Shown: one piece after another, positions 38,542 to 53,555 of the stretch | Layout: every line of letters starts with the position of its first letter | Position numbering within the stretch: the stretch's first letter is position 1 | From: Tubiluchus corallicola | Lineage: Eukaryota; Animalia; Priapulida | NCBI GenBank assembly: GCA_030141605.1 | Contig: JAQGDQ010000768.1 | Span: forward strand, 35,130 to 99,129 | Reading direction: 5' to 3' | DNA: 64,000 nt | Notes under the pieces: model-generated | What the model saw: the letters and a program-made list of their open reading frames with translations, nothing else | Told to the model about the DNA's origin: nothing | Database searches by the model: none | Program-made: the position numbers and the translations under genes

Positions 38542-40848
38542 CTACAAAGGTAAACAATGCATTAAAACTATTGTACAGGTATGTACCAAGGGCGACTACA
38601 AAGGTAAGCAATGCATTGAAACTATTGCACAGGTATGTACCAAGGGCGACTACAAAGGTAAGCAATGCATTAAAACTATTGTACAGGTATGTACCAAGGG
38701 CGACTACAAAGGTAAGCAATGCATTAAAACTATTGTACAGGTATGTACCAAGGGCGACTACAAAGGTAAGCAATGCATTAAAACTATTGTACAGGTATGT
38801 ACCAAGGGCGACTACAAAGGTAAGCAATGCATTAAAACTATTGTACAGGTATGTACCAAGGGCGACTACAAAGGTAAGCAATGCATTGAAACTATTGTAC
38901 AGGTATGTACCAAGGGCGACTACAAAGGTAAGCAATGCATTAAAACTATTGTAAAACTAATGAAAGCTTTTGTAGCTCTTCTTCACTAACAAAGCGAAAT
39001 TTTGAATCACCTTGTCTTGTGAGTAAATCAATAATATGTTTTTGGGCGAATCAGTGGTGCACACTGGGATGGTGATACAGCGACGTGTCACCAGGTGGCA
39101 TTTTAAACGTTTTAAATTATTAAGAATGTTCTTTTCCGGTTGCATGCAAGAGCAATATAACTTTGTATGGAAAGTTTTTGGGGCGCACTTTAAACTCCCT
39201 TTTCTTTCCCTTTACAAAATCCTGACAAATCGCTGACATCATCAGTAATACTACTGATAAGCGACACCTAAAACATCTGCGTATAGCAGGGGTGTGCAAA
39301 TTATCTGACTAGCCGGGCCACATTAGACATTCTAGCATGGGCCACATGCAGTTTGGTCAAGCAGCCAAGTACAGTAGCACCTAATAACGATTTTTTTTCA
39401 TCCGATTTGCGCACATCATCACTACTGCACTACTACACTCAAGAAACTATTTTAGGAGTTATTAAAATTTATATTAAAAACCATATATTTCGTCGTGTCC
39501 GACAGTGACATTAAGTGACAACGGTCTTGTAAGGGTTAATGGCATCCGATCTAGAGGAAAAAACTACCCGCACTATCTTTGCGACATTGGCACAGACTTC
39601 AGCTGGATCGCGTGGGCCGCACTTTCATTACGTTGACAAAACTTTTCGCGGGCCGCAAGTGGCTCGCGGGTCGCAGTTCGCACACCCCTGGCGTATAGTA
39701 AGGCTGTGAGGAAGCGGCTTCATATGGCTGTGAGGAAGTGGCTTCATATGGCTGTGAGGAAGTGGTTTCATATGGCTGTGAGGAAGTGGTTTCATATGGC
39801 TGTGAGGAAGTGGCTTCATATGGCTGTGAGGAAGTGGCTTCATATGGCTGTGAGGAAGTGGTTTCATATGGTTGTGAGGAAGTGGCTTCATATGGCTGTG
39901 AGGAATTGGCTTCATATGTCTTACCTGAGCCAGAGAGCATATTTAGGAAACAACTTCTAGTGCAAATTTTTGTCAGCATGCTTTATAATAACAGAGTTTA
40001 ACTTTTCTAAATATCGAGTGGTGCAAAAACGTGTCAAACTTCATTTTATAAAAAAATGATGGAATCACTTGAAAATCACTGACGTTACAGATGCTTATGT
40101 ATAAACTTCGAAAAATTTTGGGTAAGTTTGTTAAATTCATCGACAGATACAGAAGTTTTAAAGCAACAGGTAAAAAAACGAATGTCGGAATCAAGCAAGC
40201 GTTCTACGTATCCACTATTTTAACTACAAACTAGATGAAACCACTTCTTCCAATGGCTGACACAGTTTCCTACTTCCTTAAAGGAAAACCGGATGATTGT
40301 GTAAATATTAGTTCACAATAAAGAATGCTCTAAAATATTGGAAACTGCAATAGCTTTTTTTTAAATCAAAGCTTAGATTAAAACATAATTACCTCGGATA
40401 TTTAAATTTCGTTAAACTTTCAAAGCTACGCGCGGCTCAGTGAATCTACTAAGATTGGCAACGGCGCCTTTCTGTCACATTCGCATGGCCGACAAGTAGA
40501 AGGTGGTACCGTGATAACCATGATCATGCACTACAGTGTTAGGTTCTGACTTCATATGATGTAGAGCCCATTTTTCGTGACATCATGCGTTTAAGCAGTA
40601 CTGTAACACTTATGCAAATGTGCTTCACATTCAAGGGAGACTCCTGCCATTGCACAAACTGTGCTTAGTTTCTGATGTAAGCAATAGGTGTGTTCGGTTG
40701 CCGTTAATTAACTTTCTAAGCTAATTATTTAAATATTATATAACGAACAATTGTTAACGTTCATAGACAAGAAAATGTATTTATAAATGCAAACACTTAT
40801 AAAAAAACATCATTATCATCACTACTGAGCTTGTATAGCACGCCTTAC

Positions 40849-40934
40849 CGCCATTAGCCTGCAAGTTTTCCGACAACTTGTCCTTTTGATCTTCTAACAC
40901 GTCGCCAAGATACTGGGCAATCTTGTGAGAAACA
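40849..40934 (-). CDS. ATP6V1C: V-ATPase subunit C, coding exon 3 (mirror copy)
   Basis: Reverse complement of 12452-12537. Confidence 0.95.
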
Positions 40935-41680
40935 CTAAGATAAACAAACAAATCAACACGAACATAAATAAAAATAACCAAAAATGACATTGTTTAGAAC
41001 AATGAGTACGGAAAAATAATAACAAAAATACAAAATATTTTTTACACCACTTTACATAGTTATTTTATTTTATTTTTTTATTAAATATATCAACAACGAT
41101 CATTACAGCATTGTACATAAAAGTATTTAATAACATATTATTATGTACACAAGATGCCAAGCCGCAAATGACCCGTGGGAAGAAGTATTTACTTGTTTAG
41201 AGCACCCTAAATGAATGTGGACTGAGTGTAATAGAAAAGAGCAGTAAAGGAGTAGAAAGAAAGGTTAATAGGGAATGGAAAGAGGAGAAAGATGTGATGG
41301 TATCTGTATGAAGTAACGTGGACTATAGAAATGTAAAAATTGACATAGCCAGCAATGTGATGGATTCCGACAGGGACAGCAGCGTAATTAATCAAATTGA
41401 TTTATTCTGTATAATTAGAAAAGATTTCACTTTTAAGATTTCTTTTCAAGTTATTTATAGAGTACGTAGTACATACACAAGATGATCAATTTGCAATGTA
41501 CTTCTAACAAATTTCTAAACTTCTCACAGCATAAGATAAAAATGAAAAGATTATCCCTCATAAAATATATATGAGTGCATAATATACCTCATTATAAACA
41601 TGATTCTTCAAATAATAATACTTAAAAATAATAACAATAATAATAATGATAATAATAATAATAATAATAATAACATTAAC

Positions 41681-41720
<40 letters not shown>

Positions 41721-41725
41721 TTAGC

Positions 41726-41756
<31 letters not shown>

Positions 41757-41761
41757 TTAAC

Positions 41762-41795
<34 letters not shown>

Positions 41796-41797
41796 AC

Positions 41798-41873
<76 letters not shown>

Positions 41874-41898
41874 TAATAATAATAACAACAACAACAGC

Positions 41899-41929
<31 letters not shown>

Positions 41930-42924
41930 GTAACAATCTTATATACTTAGTACATGGTCAACTCATTATTTTGTTGGTTAAACAAATCTTGAAATCTATG
42001 CAACACATGTTAACATACTTCATTTTTATCCTCTATTTTTTGTATCACACAGGTTTGTATAACTTGCCCTGTACAAATCTTCTATACACGGTGTCAACTA
42101 TTATATTTCTATACTGTCACATACTTGTACGTTTGTTTTGATATACGTGGAACGGATAAATTTTTCAGAATCTAAAACAGGGGTGTGCAAATTATCTGAC
42201 TAGCCGGGCCACATTAAACTTTCCCGCAATTCCTGCGGGCCACAGGCAGTTTGATCAAGGAGCCAAGTACAGAAAGTCCTAATAACGATTTTTTTGCATC
42301 CGACCTACGTACATCATTACTACTGCACCCAAGAAATTATTTTAGAAGTTATTAAAATTTATATTACAAACCATATATTTCTACTTTCAGGACAGATAGT
42401 GGTAATTTCATTACAATGCATATTACTAATGTGTATCACACAGTCTGTGTAGTACAGTGACTTTAAGCCACAACCGTCTTGTAAGGGTTAATGGCATCCG
42501 ATCTAGTAGAAAAAACTACCCGCACTATCTTTGGGATCATGGCACGGACTTTAGCTGGATACACTCAATTAATCGCCCGGGCCGCACTTTCATTAGGTTG
42601 ACAAATCTCTTCCCGGGCCGCACAAATTCTCTCGGCGGGCTGAGAGTGGCCCGCGTGCCGCAATTTGCACACCCCTGATCTAAAATCTAATCAAATCTTA
42701 CAATCTAATCTACTTAGCTAAAAAAAGCAGGAATACACTCCATACAGACAACTTATTCATTCCCGTGGACAAAATTATGGCCAGTTATAAAAACGCAGGA
42801 AAATAAACACGAAATTTAAATGAAGAGTATCGCATCCCCGAAAAGGATGCGGAAACCTGATGCAACAAGAAAATGAAAGAATTTTTACTAAAATAAGCCA
42901 AGATCAAAGCGAGGAATCTCTTAC

Positions 42925-42992
42925 CCTTCCACATACACGTCAAGTTTGGCTAAGTCATCGGACAAACCCACTAGCTGATCAAGTGTACCAAC
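42925..42992 (-). CDS. ATP6V1C: V-ATPase subunit C, coding exon 2 (mirror copy)
   Basis: Reverse complement of 10394-10461. Confidence 0.95.
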
Positions 42993-45900
42993 CTGCAAAA
43001 TGAAAGAAAATGAAAGTGCAAATGATGAAAATGTTTTACTTACATTTAACACCTACAGCACTGGGGGTGCACAATTTTTTTTGCACTTATTAATAAAAGT
43101 AATAGTAAGTAGTACAAAAACATAGCCACTGGGGGGGGGGGGGGGAAGTCAGCCCAACTCAGTGCCGGTGCCAAGCCCGGATAAATAGGGAGGGTTAGGG
43201 TCAGGAAGGGCATCCGCCTGTAAAAACTGCGCCAAAACGTTCTATGAATGAGTCTGTGAGACTTAAAGGTAAAGTCCACAAAGATAGTGGTCAGACCCGC
43301 TCTAATCTATGGGCTGGAAGCAGCTTCTCTAAAGAAGACCGAAGAGAAGAAATTGGGTGTGGTGGAGATGAGGATGTTGAGATGGATGGTGGGAATAACA
43401 AGAAGAGATAAAATTAGAAACAGTAATATCAGAGGAGCTGTAAAAGTAGTGGAAGCCTCGCAAGACTGCGATGGTACGGACACATGAAAAGAAGAGTCGG
43501 TGAAGATCATGTGGGAAGGGAAGACATAAATGAAGAGATGGTCAACAACAGGAATGCGTGGAGAAGACTCATTCACAACGGTGACCCCGAGTAGGGAAAA
43601 GCTGGGAAGAAGAAGAAGAAAGTAGTACAAACTATAACCGGACTCTCTTTTTTCACGTCCTGAAAGCCTTTCCAAGCTGACAGCTTCTTTAGCTTTCTGT
43701 AGTACGACAGGTGGCCCATGCTAATTATGCTAATCATGCTAATTATTTGATCATTTTGTATTGTGAGAGACTACTACTTCATGATGCCCAAAGTCAAAAA
43801 ATTCATGTTTGAGTAGCTTTATTACGTTTTATCTGTAAGAAAAATCATAACAAAATCTAACAAACTAATTTGAGCCAAAAAGAAAACAAAGAAATTAATA
43901 ATAAAGTGAGACTGAATAATCAAAATAAACTTACACTATGGCTCTACTACTCTTGACAAATAAATGATTTAACTGAGACAAACAACAACAACTTTCTTAG
44001 CCAAGAACAGACTGCCATCTAGCCAGGTAAACTAGCTTTGTCAGTAAAGCATGACAGAAAGAAGCCAAGTCAAGACATACATACATGAATGCAGTTAAAA
44101 TGGACAGTATAGGGGGGGGGGGGGTTACAGAATGAAAGAACACTGAAGTACAACCTAAAATCCTTCACTTGTATTATAATATTAATTTCGTGTATGTTTT
44201 GTACTGGTGTAATAGACGTGAGAATAAATTACAATTTACGTAAAACTATAAAAAAGAGTGTAAGTGTCTTGTAGCTGAAGAAAAATCCAGGAACAAAAGT
44301 GTGTTGAATTAACTAGATGAAACAAATAGGCTCTAGACGGGAACATGCCCTCTCTCGGCTGCTATCACAGGTTAGGTTCAAAAACTGAAAAACAGCCCAA
44401 TCCCTTGTGATTGCTCTTGACTCACTCATTAAATTACTTACCAGACTTAGCAACTGACCAAAACCTATACAATAGTTTAAATATTACCAGGGATGAGAAT
44501 GACAAATTGCAAAAAACTCCGAAACAAATCGGGGGTTTGAGGGCCGTGTAGGCCCCCATGGGGGTTCAAGGGAGCAAAGCCCCCATTGCAACTAGCAACA
44601 AATTGCAATTTTGTGACCATAGAGAGCCTCTAAGTGGACTTAAAATATCAATTACCTTGTTTCATGCATAATTTAAAATATCCAACTATCAAGGATACAT
44701 GATACCTACATTGTCTCAAAAATGCCTAAGTACTGGCCGCTCCTATGCAAAAGTATATAAAAACTGTCTGCAATTGACTCAAATAACTCTGCACAATTGA
44801 TTCTATATTTTTATACATAGAGATTTACACGTGGTTACACTGATGTACGTGATGTAAACAAAGTGACGGCCTGCCAACTAGCAGTCAGCTTGTGAAATAA
44901 TGTACCGGGTCCATGAAAATTTTCTCAACGAACTTACGCGATTTACAAAAATGGCACTACTGGTCTTCCAAAAACTCGGAATTCAGCGTATCCGCGGAAA
45001 ATTCTCATCCCTGTATTACTTATAATGCAGAAAAAATGGTAGGATTTTACAAACTTTATCACTCTCTTTTGTGATTTGATACGTGGGCAGCGTGAAGACG
45101 TAAAACTAAACTAGAGGTAAAGTAATGGATACAACAGTACCAAATATTACATACAACAGTACCAAATATTACATACAACAGTACCAAATATTACATACAA
45201 CAGTACCAAATATTATAATCAATCATTAGCCGATCATTGATTATTTTTCAAGGTCGACGATGGACCCTTGAAATTGGCCAATTGCCAATACTACTGCCTA
45301 TTAGAAGTGGACATTCGATTCAAACTTAAAATTATACATTTGAATAATTCATCACTTTGACTACTTATGTTCTTATCAATAAAATGTTTAAAACTTTGTG
45401 CAATCAACACAGTTTAGCTGCAGTTTCTGTGCACAAATAATTATTAATAATTCCTATTCAAAAATCCTGAAATTCATTTGATTCGAATTCGATTCCTATT
45501 CAAAAATCCTGAAACTCATTTGATTCGAATCGGATTCCTATTCAAAAATCCTGAAACTCATTTGATTCGAATTGCATTCCTATTCAAAAATCCTGAAATT
45601 CATTTGATTCGAATTGGATTCGTATTCAAAAATCCTGAAATTCATTTGATTCGTATTCGATTCCTATTCAAAAATCCTGAAATTCATTTGATTCGAATTG
45701 GATTCCTATTCAAAAATCGTGAAATTCATTTGATTCGAATTCGATCCCTATTCAAAAATCCTGAAACTCATTTGATTCGAATTCGATTCCTATTCAAAAA
45801 TCCTGAAATTCATTTGATTCGAATTGGATTCCTATTCAAAAATCGTGAAACTCATTTGATTCGAATTCGATTCCTATTCAAAAATCCTGAAATTCATTTG

Positions 45901-47016
45901 ATTCGAATTGCATTCCTATTCAAAAATCCTGAAATTCATTTGATTCGAATTCGATTCCTATTCAAAAATCCTGAAATTCATTTGATTCGAATTGGATTCC
46001 TATTCAAAAATCCTGAAATTCATTTGATTCGAATTCGATTCCTATTCAAAAATCCTGAAATTCATTTGATTCGAATCGGATTCCTATTCAAAAATCCTGA
46101 AACTCATTTGATTCGAATTGCATTCCTATTCAAAAATCCTGAAATTCATTTGATTCGAATTGGATTCGTATTCAAAAATCCTGAAATTCATTTGATTCGA
46201 ATTCGATTCCTATTCAAAAATCCTGAAATTCATTTGATTCGAATTCGATTCCTATTCAAAAATCCTGAAATTCATTTGATTCGAATTCGATTCCTATTCA
46301 AAAATCCTGAAATTCATTTGATTCGAATTCGATTTCTATTCAAAAATCCTGAAATTCATTTGATTCGAATTGGATTCCTATTCAAAAATCCTGAAACTCA
46401 TTTGATTCGAATTCGATTCCTATTCAAAAATCCTGAAACTCATTTGATTCGAATTCGATTCCTATTCAAAAATCCTGAAATTCATTTGATTCGAATTCGA
46501 TTCCTATTCAAAAATCCTGAAATTCATTTGATTCGAATTGGATTCCTATTCAAAAATCCTGAAATTCATCAAAAATCCTGAAACTCATTTGATTCGAATT
46601 CGATTCCTATTCAAAAATCCTGAAATTCATTTGATTCGAATTAGATTCCTATTCAAAAATCCTGAAATTCATTTGATTCAAATTCGATTCCTATTCAAAA
46701 ATCCTGAAACTCATTTGATTCGAATTCGATTCCTATTCAAAAATCCTGAAACTCATTTGATTCGAATTGGATTCCTATTCAAAAATCCTGAAATTCATTT
46801 GATTCGAATTGCATTCCTATTCAAAAATCCTGAAATTCATTTGATTCGAATTGGATTCCTATTCAAAAATCCTGAAATTCATTTGATTCGAGTTCGAAAG
46901 TCACAAATTCAATTCGATTTGAATACGTTTTCTTACAGAAGAATGCTCACCCCTACCGGTCACAGAGCCATGTTAACAAAGAAAGGTTTAAAAAGCATTA
47001 CACATGAGCTGCATAC

Positions 47017-47163
47017 CTTTAAATCTGGAATATGAAACTTGAAATTGGTAGAAAGAACGGTCGGTTTAGTTGTGGCATTGTTCAGGGTATCCCAGGTTTG
47101 CTGACAAGTTTTCTCACCAGGTGCACTGATGAGCCAATATTCGGATACGCCAGCAGTAGACAT
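47017..47163 (-). CDS. ATP6V1C: V-ATPase subunit C, coding exon 1 (mirror copy)
   Basis: Reverse complement of 6224-6370 with splice sites intact. Confidence 0.95.
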
Positions 47164-50100
47164 TACAACAGAAAGAATTCTAGCACTGAAATAAAAAAAC
47201 AAATTTATGTAAAGATGCACACGCTTGTAGCTGTAGGAAATTATAAACGAATTATGAATTTATTCCACAGCAACTCAAACATACATATAAATTGATATAA
47301 CATTGAAGAAAAAAAAATAAACTATGCGAGTTACTGTGAGGAGGGGAAAGGAGCATTGAGCTTTCGAGTCTTCCTCCAAATAAGTGAAACAGCTGACAAT
47401 TAACATTACATTTTCATCAGTTATAACGTACATTAGAACAAAATAAGTTTTGTTAGTAACTTAAGATCAGGATGAGTAAAATTGTGAGTTAATCATACCG
47501 TTCTAGTAAGTAATTTTTTGATGCTTTTTTAAATTGATAAAGATTAAGAGTTTTCATTTCATGCAGAATTGATGACCATATTTTAATAGCATTATATTTT
47601 GATGACTGTTTCATTATATTTGTTTTTGGAAGAGGGAGTACATAGTGTTCGACTGAATATCTTGTGTATTTGAACAGAGAAAAGCCCACAAGAATATATT
47701 TAAACTGAAATAATTATGACATCAAGAATGTACGATGGTCAACTCTAGGGGTGCACTGAAGGTACACGTTCGTCAACCAAACTGAAGCCAATTGTTTGCG
47801 CTTAGTTGTCACCGAGCCGTTGTTCAACCGAATAATCGGACAGCATATTAAACCGAATTCCAAATAAAATATGAAGTTAAAGTAACATCAGAACTAAGCA
47901 GAGCCGAATTTCTTACTGAAACTGAACCGAATTTTCTTGTGCAAAATCCAAACATTTCAACTGGAAAAGATTACAAAAATCTAATGAGCTGTGCAAAAAT
48001 TGTTCTAATTACAGTCTAGTCTCGTTACCTCGCCACTGTCCGTCTAGGGCAAATTTTTGGCGAGAGGCGAGATAACGGGAATATAACGAAGTTAGTCTAT
48101 ATGTGTATACATAATAGTTGATTAACATAGTGTTCCTCTATGTACATATAAAATATATTTCGCATTATGATACCAATCAACATTAAATCAGAAATGAAAA
48201 AATGTCATAAAAATAATCTTAGAATGTTACTTTTTTATTTAAAAAACCTTTTTCGAGTATACACTTAAATGCAAGGATTGAGACAAAACAGTTTTCGCTT
48301 CAGAGACATCATGTAAAGTTGCTCGCACTTTGTGGAAACTCAAACTTAAACGCAGCTTTGGTGTTATAGAGTAAGGATATCGGTGACGCTTTAGTTTCTC
48401 TGCGCATTAACCAACCACAGCACTCCTAATCTAATCCTGGTGAGACGCACACTAGATTAATTATGTCTGTCTATCGAGTACAGCAGCATTGTCTACATAC
48501 CGCGGTTACATTGATCGACACGCGGTATATGCATTGATCGATTCACCTCTGAGTTTGTCTGTTTGGCGACATAACGAATATAGTTTACATAAGCACTCAT
48601 CCTAGCATGACGTGGCGAGGGCGAGAAGCGAGGGTGGCGACTTAACGAGGTAAATATCACAGCAGGAAATCCGTCTTGGTACTTTCTATGGCGAGAGACG
48701 AGTTTGGCGGCATAACGAGGGGCGAGATAACGAGGCTGTACTAAATTTCTGCTCCTATCTGATGGCTATTGTAATAAAGTATTATGAATTTAAAAACAGC
48801 CCTAATTATGTCAAAAGCAATTCAAACCATTCGGTACAAATAATAAAAATCAAGCCAGTTGGCCACGCTATTGCAGGTTGTCATAAGCTAAGTTATCATC
48901 ATACAGAAACAGAAAGCAAAATGCCAGCTGTTGTGTCGTGTTTGCTGTTTACCATTAGCTTTTTTCAGATGAATTCTGTAAATGTTAGGCGAAAATTCAG
49001 TTTGCCTAACACAATTTTCAATGCCAATTATCAAAAAAAGTAACTGCGGTATACCATCAAACTATTCCCAGATTTTTACTGATATTCCTGGTATTTGGTG
49101 CATCCCTAGGCTACTCTTTTCATATCACAGAGAAATCAAGTTCTGGTAAACTACAAATTACTAATTATATTTATTATTTCAGCATTGTTAATTGTACAAC
49201 ATGCTCTTCCAATAAATCATGTGTTTGAAGCAGCAAAAAAATGTCAACAACAATGTAAAGTTAAGGATATTTTACATGGATACTGGTGAGCCAACTCAGT
49301 CAACCAAAAAAGCTGAATAAAATTTGCCACGATGAAAATTCTATGGCCAGCAAGTTTCTGCAAGCAAAGCCAAATCAATTTCGTATGAAAGAAATTCAAT
49401 AATGTACTAACACGTTATAAGCATATCAATTTAATGTCATTCGTAACAATTTAGTTTTTATTATAAGCAGTACTAACACTAATACACTGTAGCATAGCGC
49501 CTATAAAAAATGTTCATCACCAACCAAAGGGCAGCTGACTAGACGACCAATTGGTCTTTCGCTGCCCTTTCTTCACATTTTTGTTGCCAAATTAATTGTA
49601 TTATAACTGTGCGTGTGTTAAAAGATAAATAAGATTATTATTATTAATAACAGCAGATATAATTATATCAAAAAAGCCCTACTCTCTATTATACCGCAAT
49701 CAATTATTACTGATTTGCTAGATAGAAGCAATGAACTTAACCTATGTGTCTGTAATCAGGTCGAAAGCATGGGGGTAATAAAGATTCGTCACCTGTCTCA
49801 AAGTGTGTTGTGTGAATCTCTCATTCACTGCATGCGGTAAGTTTGCAAATCATTTCATATCGCTCAAAGAATTTTTCCACCAACAAACTATAGTGCTATT
49901 TTGACCAATTATTCAGTAAAATTTTAGTTAGATACGCGTCGCTAAAACCATAAAACGAGAAACAGAAATTATATTCGCGGAATACCAGTAACAGAGTTTT
50001 CGACAATAATTAAGTTGGCAATACGGTAAATCTTCCATAACTTCTTATATTGATAAAGTTTGACCCTATTTGCACGACCAAGTGAATCTTGGCACAAATG

Positions 50101-52573
50101 AACAATTTTGAATATACCGTGCTTATGCCTCAGTGTGGAAGCCTCTAGCATCCTCCACAACCTGAAGTATTGAAGATTATGATCAGAACAGTGACCAAAA
50201 AGCTTTGTGATTGATTTTTCCGATCGTATAAAATGGCATAGGAATTCTCTTGTTACCAACGTGCCAAACACACAGGAGCTATCATTGAAAGACCCTTGAA
50301 AGATATCACTAACTGGTATTCACAGCCTTGTAAAACAGCTACAAGATGTGCTGAACGATCATAGGATCATGTTACTACTCCGGTATTTTACCCTGAGAGA
50401 CTTAAAATATTACTAGCCTTAGAATCTCTTGAACAGACATCTAAAATGATCTACACGTGTTTTACAATTTTATTAGAATATAACAAAGAAGTGGATTTAG
50501 ACACTGACGTATTTTTGATCATGCAATAACTTTAACACTAGGTGGAATAATCCTCAATATTCCAAAACTAGTTTTGCTCATTTCTTCTCAAATTGCATAG
50601 TGCAAATACTGAATTCTCTACCATCACATATAAATGAACATCCTTTCGTCACTGCAATGAATGCCAAATTATTTCGGAAACGTGTAAACACCTTGTATTT
50701 AAATCTGTATTTTACTTTACTTTACTTAGAATAATCTGTAGTATCGGGTTAGTGTAAGGGTTAGGGATCACATTATAAGGCATACTTAAGCAGCGTATCT
50801 TCCACACCCTATTAACTTTTTTTTTTACAAATTTAGTATTCTTGTTTATTTTATTGTATTATTTTATTGGGTTTCAAATGAACTAAACTAAACTAGACCA
50901 AACTATTACCCATTGTCTTGTACCCACCTAGCAAGAGGACCTACCCTGTTTAACATACTTATGTGTCTTTCTACACAGTTTTTCAAGTTGAACAAATGAG
51001 ATTGTTTCTAAACGGCTGAACTAGAGAATGAATGGTGTAAAACATAATTATTGTGCGTTTTTTTATTACAAACACGTTTTTTTACAAACGGAATAACTGT
51101 CAAAATGACCTCAGTCACTTTCCCCCACCGCATGTCATTGTACGAAGAACTAAGCCATCCTCTGTGAACATTCGGCACCATAAGCCCTTGTCCACAGTGA
51201 GAATGCAGGGAAAATGGCGTAAGGATGTAAGCAAATATAAGCAGCAAGAAAGGTCATTTAACACTGAAACTGCACAGTTTTTACATGCATCCGGGCGACT
51301 CTTTCAGCTGCTGCACAGGTTTACCATATACAAAGTACATTAAATTTTGATAATTCATTGTAGTATCAGACTGTTTTTTTGTTTTTACCACTTCGAAATT
51401 TGAGAGCTACTTATATAAAATAAGCACATGCGTGCTTTATGTTTCTTTTCATGAATATAGTCGTCGCTATTGCATTAGTAAAACAAAAATGGCAATTTTT
51501 TACTGAGTTATGTTAATTGTTATTCGTTAACATAGAAATAATTAATTGAGTAATTAGATGTTAATATTGAGAAATCCTCACGAAAGTGGAACATGCTGTA
51601 CTTCTACAAAGCACCAAAAATCCTCGTGAGGAGGACGCATAGCTTCTAGCAGTCAGCAGAATTCCTCAAGAGAAATGCCTCATGAGGCGTCTATGTAAAA
51701 TGCGCCATAGAAAACAATGTGTTCCATTTTCATGAGGAATGCCGTAAGGACTTCTTCCTGGAGGAATGTTGCTGCTCTTCGTCACTGTGAAGTTGGCCTT
51801 AACCAGCACATTCAGCACAACCTAAAAAAAACCCCAAGCCAAAACCCAAATCCGAGAAAAGAGTTTCAGCAATCTAGCAAACATTTTTTGGCAAACAGTT
51901 ACGTACATTACCGTTTTATTAAAGTCATTATACGTTGTATGCAATTATTTTACATGTACATTTTTTGTAAGCAAGCAACAAAGAATTTATTGGAATAGGA
52001 CGCTATTAACATTGTCACAGGGGAACTACTCCTGTGCACTTGAGAGCTAAGGGTGCGTTATAAATTAATTTCTTTCCGCATTAATTTGGTGCTAGATTTT
52101 GCTACCATGGTGCATTCCATGCAAGGTTTGAAAACTATCCCTAATTTATGGATCAACACGCGCAGAGCAGCCTTTATAGAGTTTTGCACACCGCTTTCCA
52201 ACCCTCCAAACTGAGTCAGCGCTCTTCTGTAAGTTCACTAACAGCATTGGTGCAGCAGGACTGGAATCTGCATTAATATCAATTCGTGTGTGAACTGAAA
52301 TAATATTTCTGCATCGTAAATAATTATTATATTGAACAAAATGCTTAGTCTTGTCAATAATAATAATAATAATAACAATAATAATAATAATGATTATGAT
52401 GATGATAATAATAATAATAAAAATAATAATAATAATAAATTTTTTATTAAAATAATTTTAAAGTTTATTTAGAGATAAAATTAATAATTTATTTTGTAAT
52501 AAATAAACAAGAAAACAAGCGAGTTAATAAGCAAATAAACTAAAAGTATCCAGGGCATGGCCGCCATAACAAA

Positions 52574-53010
52574 CTAAAAGTATCTAGGGTACGGTCCCCA
52601 TAACAAATTCGCAAAATAAGGTGCTAAAAGTCTATGACGATTCAGCACTGAATCTCTCATTAGCCCCATCTGCTGCGCGTGGTTTGGTTGCAGCCACATC
52701 AAGCGTCCCTGGCGTTGTAAAATGGAGTTTCTCTGCCGTGTAAATTGTTGTAATTTCTTTTTCGACGGTACAGTAAGTCGCTGTGCTTCTTCGGTGTCGC
52801 CCAGTGTGTTATAAATTCGTGATTCAAGGGGTACTGGCGGAAATCTTGGCTGCAGCATGTGACCGCCTCCTAGCGGCGGTTGTTGGAAAACTTGTGGTGT
52901 GCGTGCAAACGGTTCGTAGACATAAAAGCCAGCGTTTTTCAAGTCGCCTGTCAGACGTCCCTCAACAAACCTTTTGAAGAGAGGGCTTACGAATCCATTT
53001 CGATCGTAAC
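52574..53010 (-). CDS. Terminal coding exon of an orphan putative secreted protein (right-arm copy)
   Basis: Mirror of 377-813. Joins in frame (c+gt = Arg) to the exon at 55136-55211. Confidence 0.65.
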
Positions 53011-53312
53011 CTGAAAATAAAATACGCTTGATTTAAAGAATCGCTTTGCTTTAGACAGTAACTTCCTCAGTTTTCTCATGATACTCTTTCTGTAAGTTAC
53101 ATTAGATTGTTAACTTATTTTCTGTTATGTTAACTTCTAACACATGTTTTGCAGTGCTGGCATTCTTTAGAATGGTGGTAACATAGAGTAAAATTAGTCA
53201 CCGCCGCTGCCGCTGCATTACATAAAATTAATCACATAGAATGCCAGAATGTGGCGTCATGTATTTAAATCGCATGCATGCACAGACGTGAAAAACCATG
53301 GAAGAAACACTC

Positions 53313-53354
<42 letters not shown>

Positions 53355-53419
53355 GTTGCTGAGGAAATTTAATCGCAAGGAGAGCAGCTGCTGTGACACA
53401 CATTAATTTCATACAAAAA

Positions 53420-53555
53420 CGTCTTATCAACACACCATTAGGTATCAAAAATACAGAGATATGGGAGGTTGCGGATGACAGGGCAGTATGGTGTAAAGTG
53501 ATTGCAAAACTCATGCCAGAGGACGTGTGACTCCAGAAATGAAAATGAAAATGAT
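53420..53555 (+). mobile_element. Short RTE-like LINE 3' remnant
   Basis: WEVADDRAVWCKVIA resembles the A.DR..W terminal motif, followed by a (gaaaat)n tail. Confidence 0.45.
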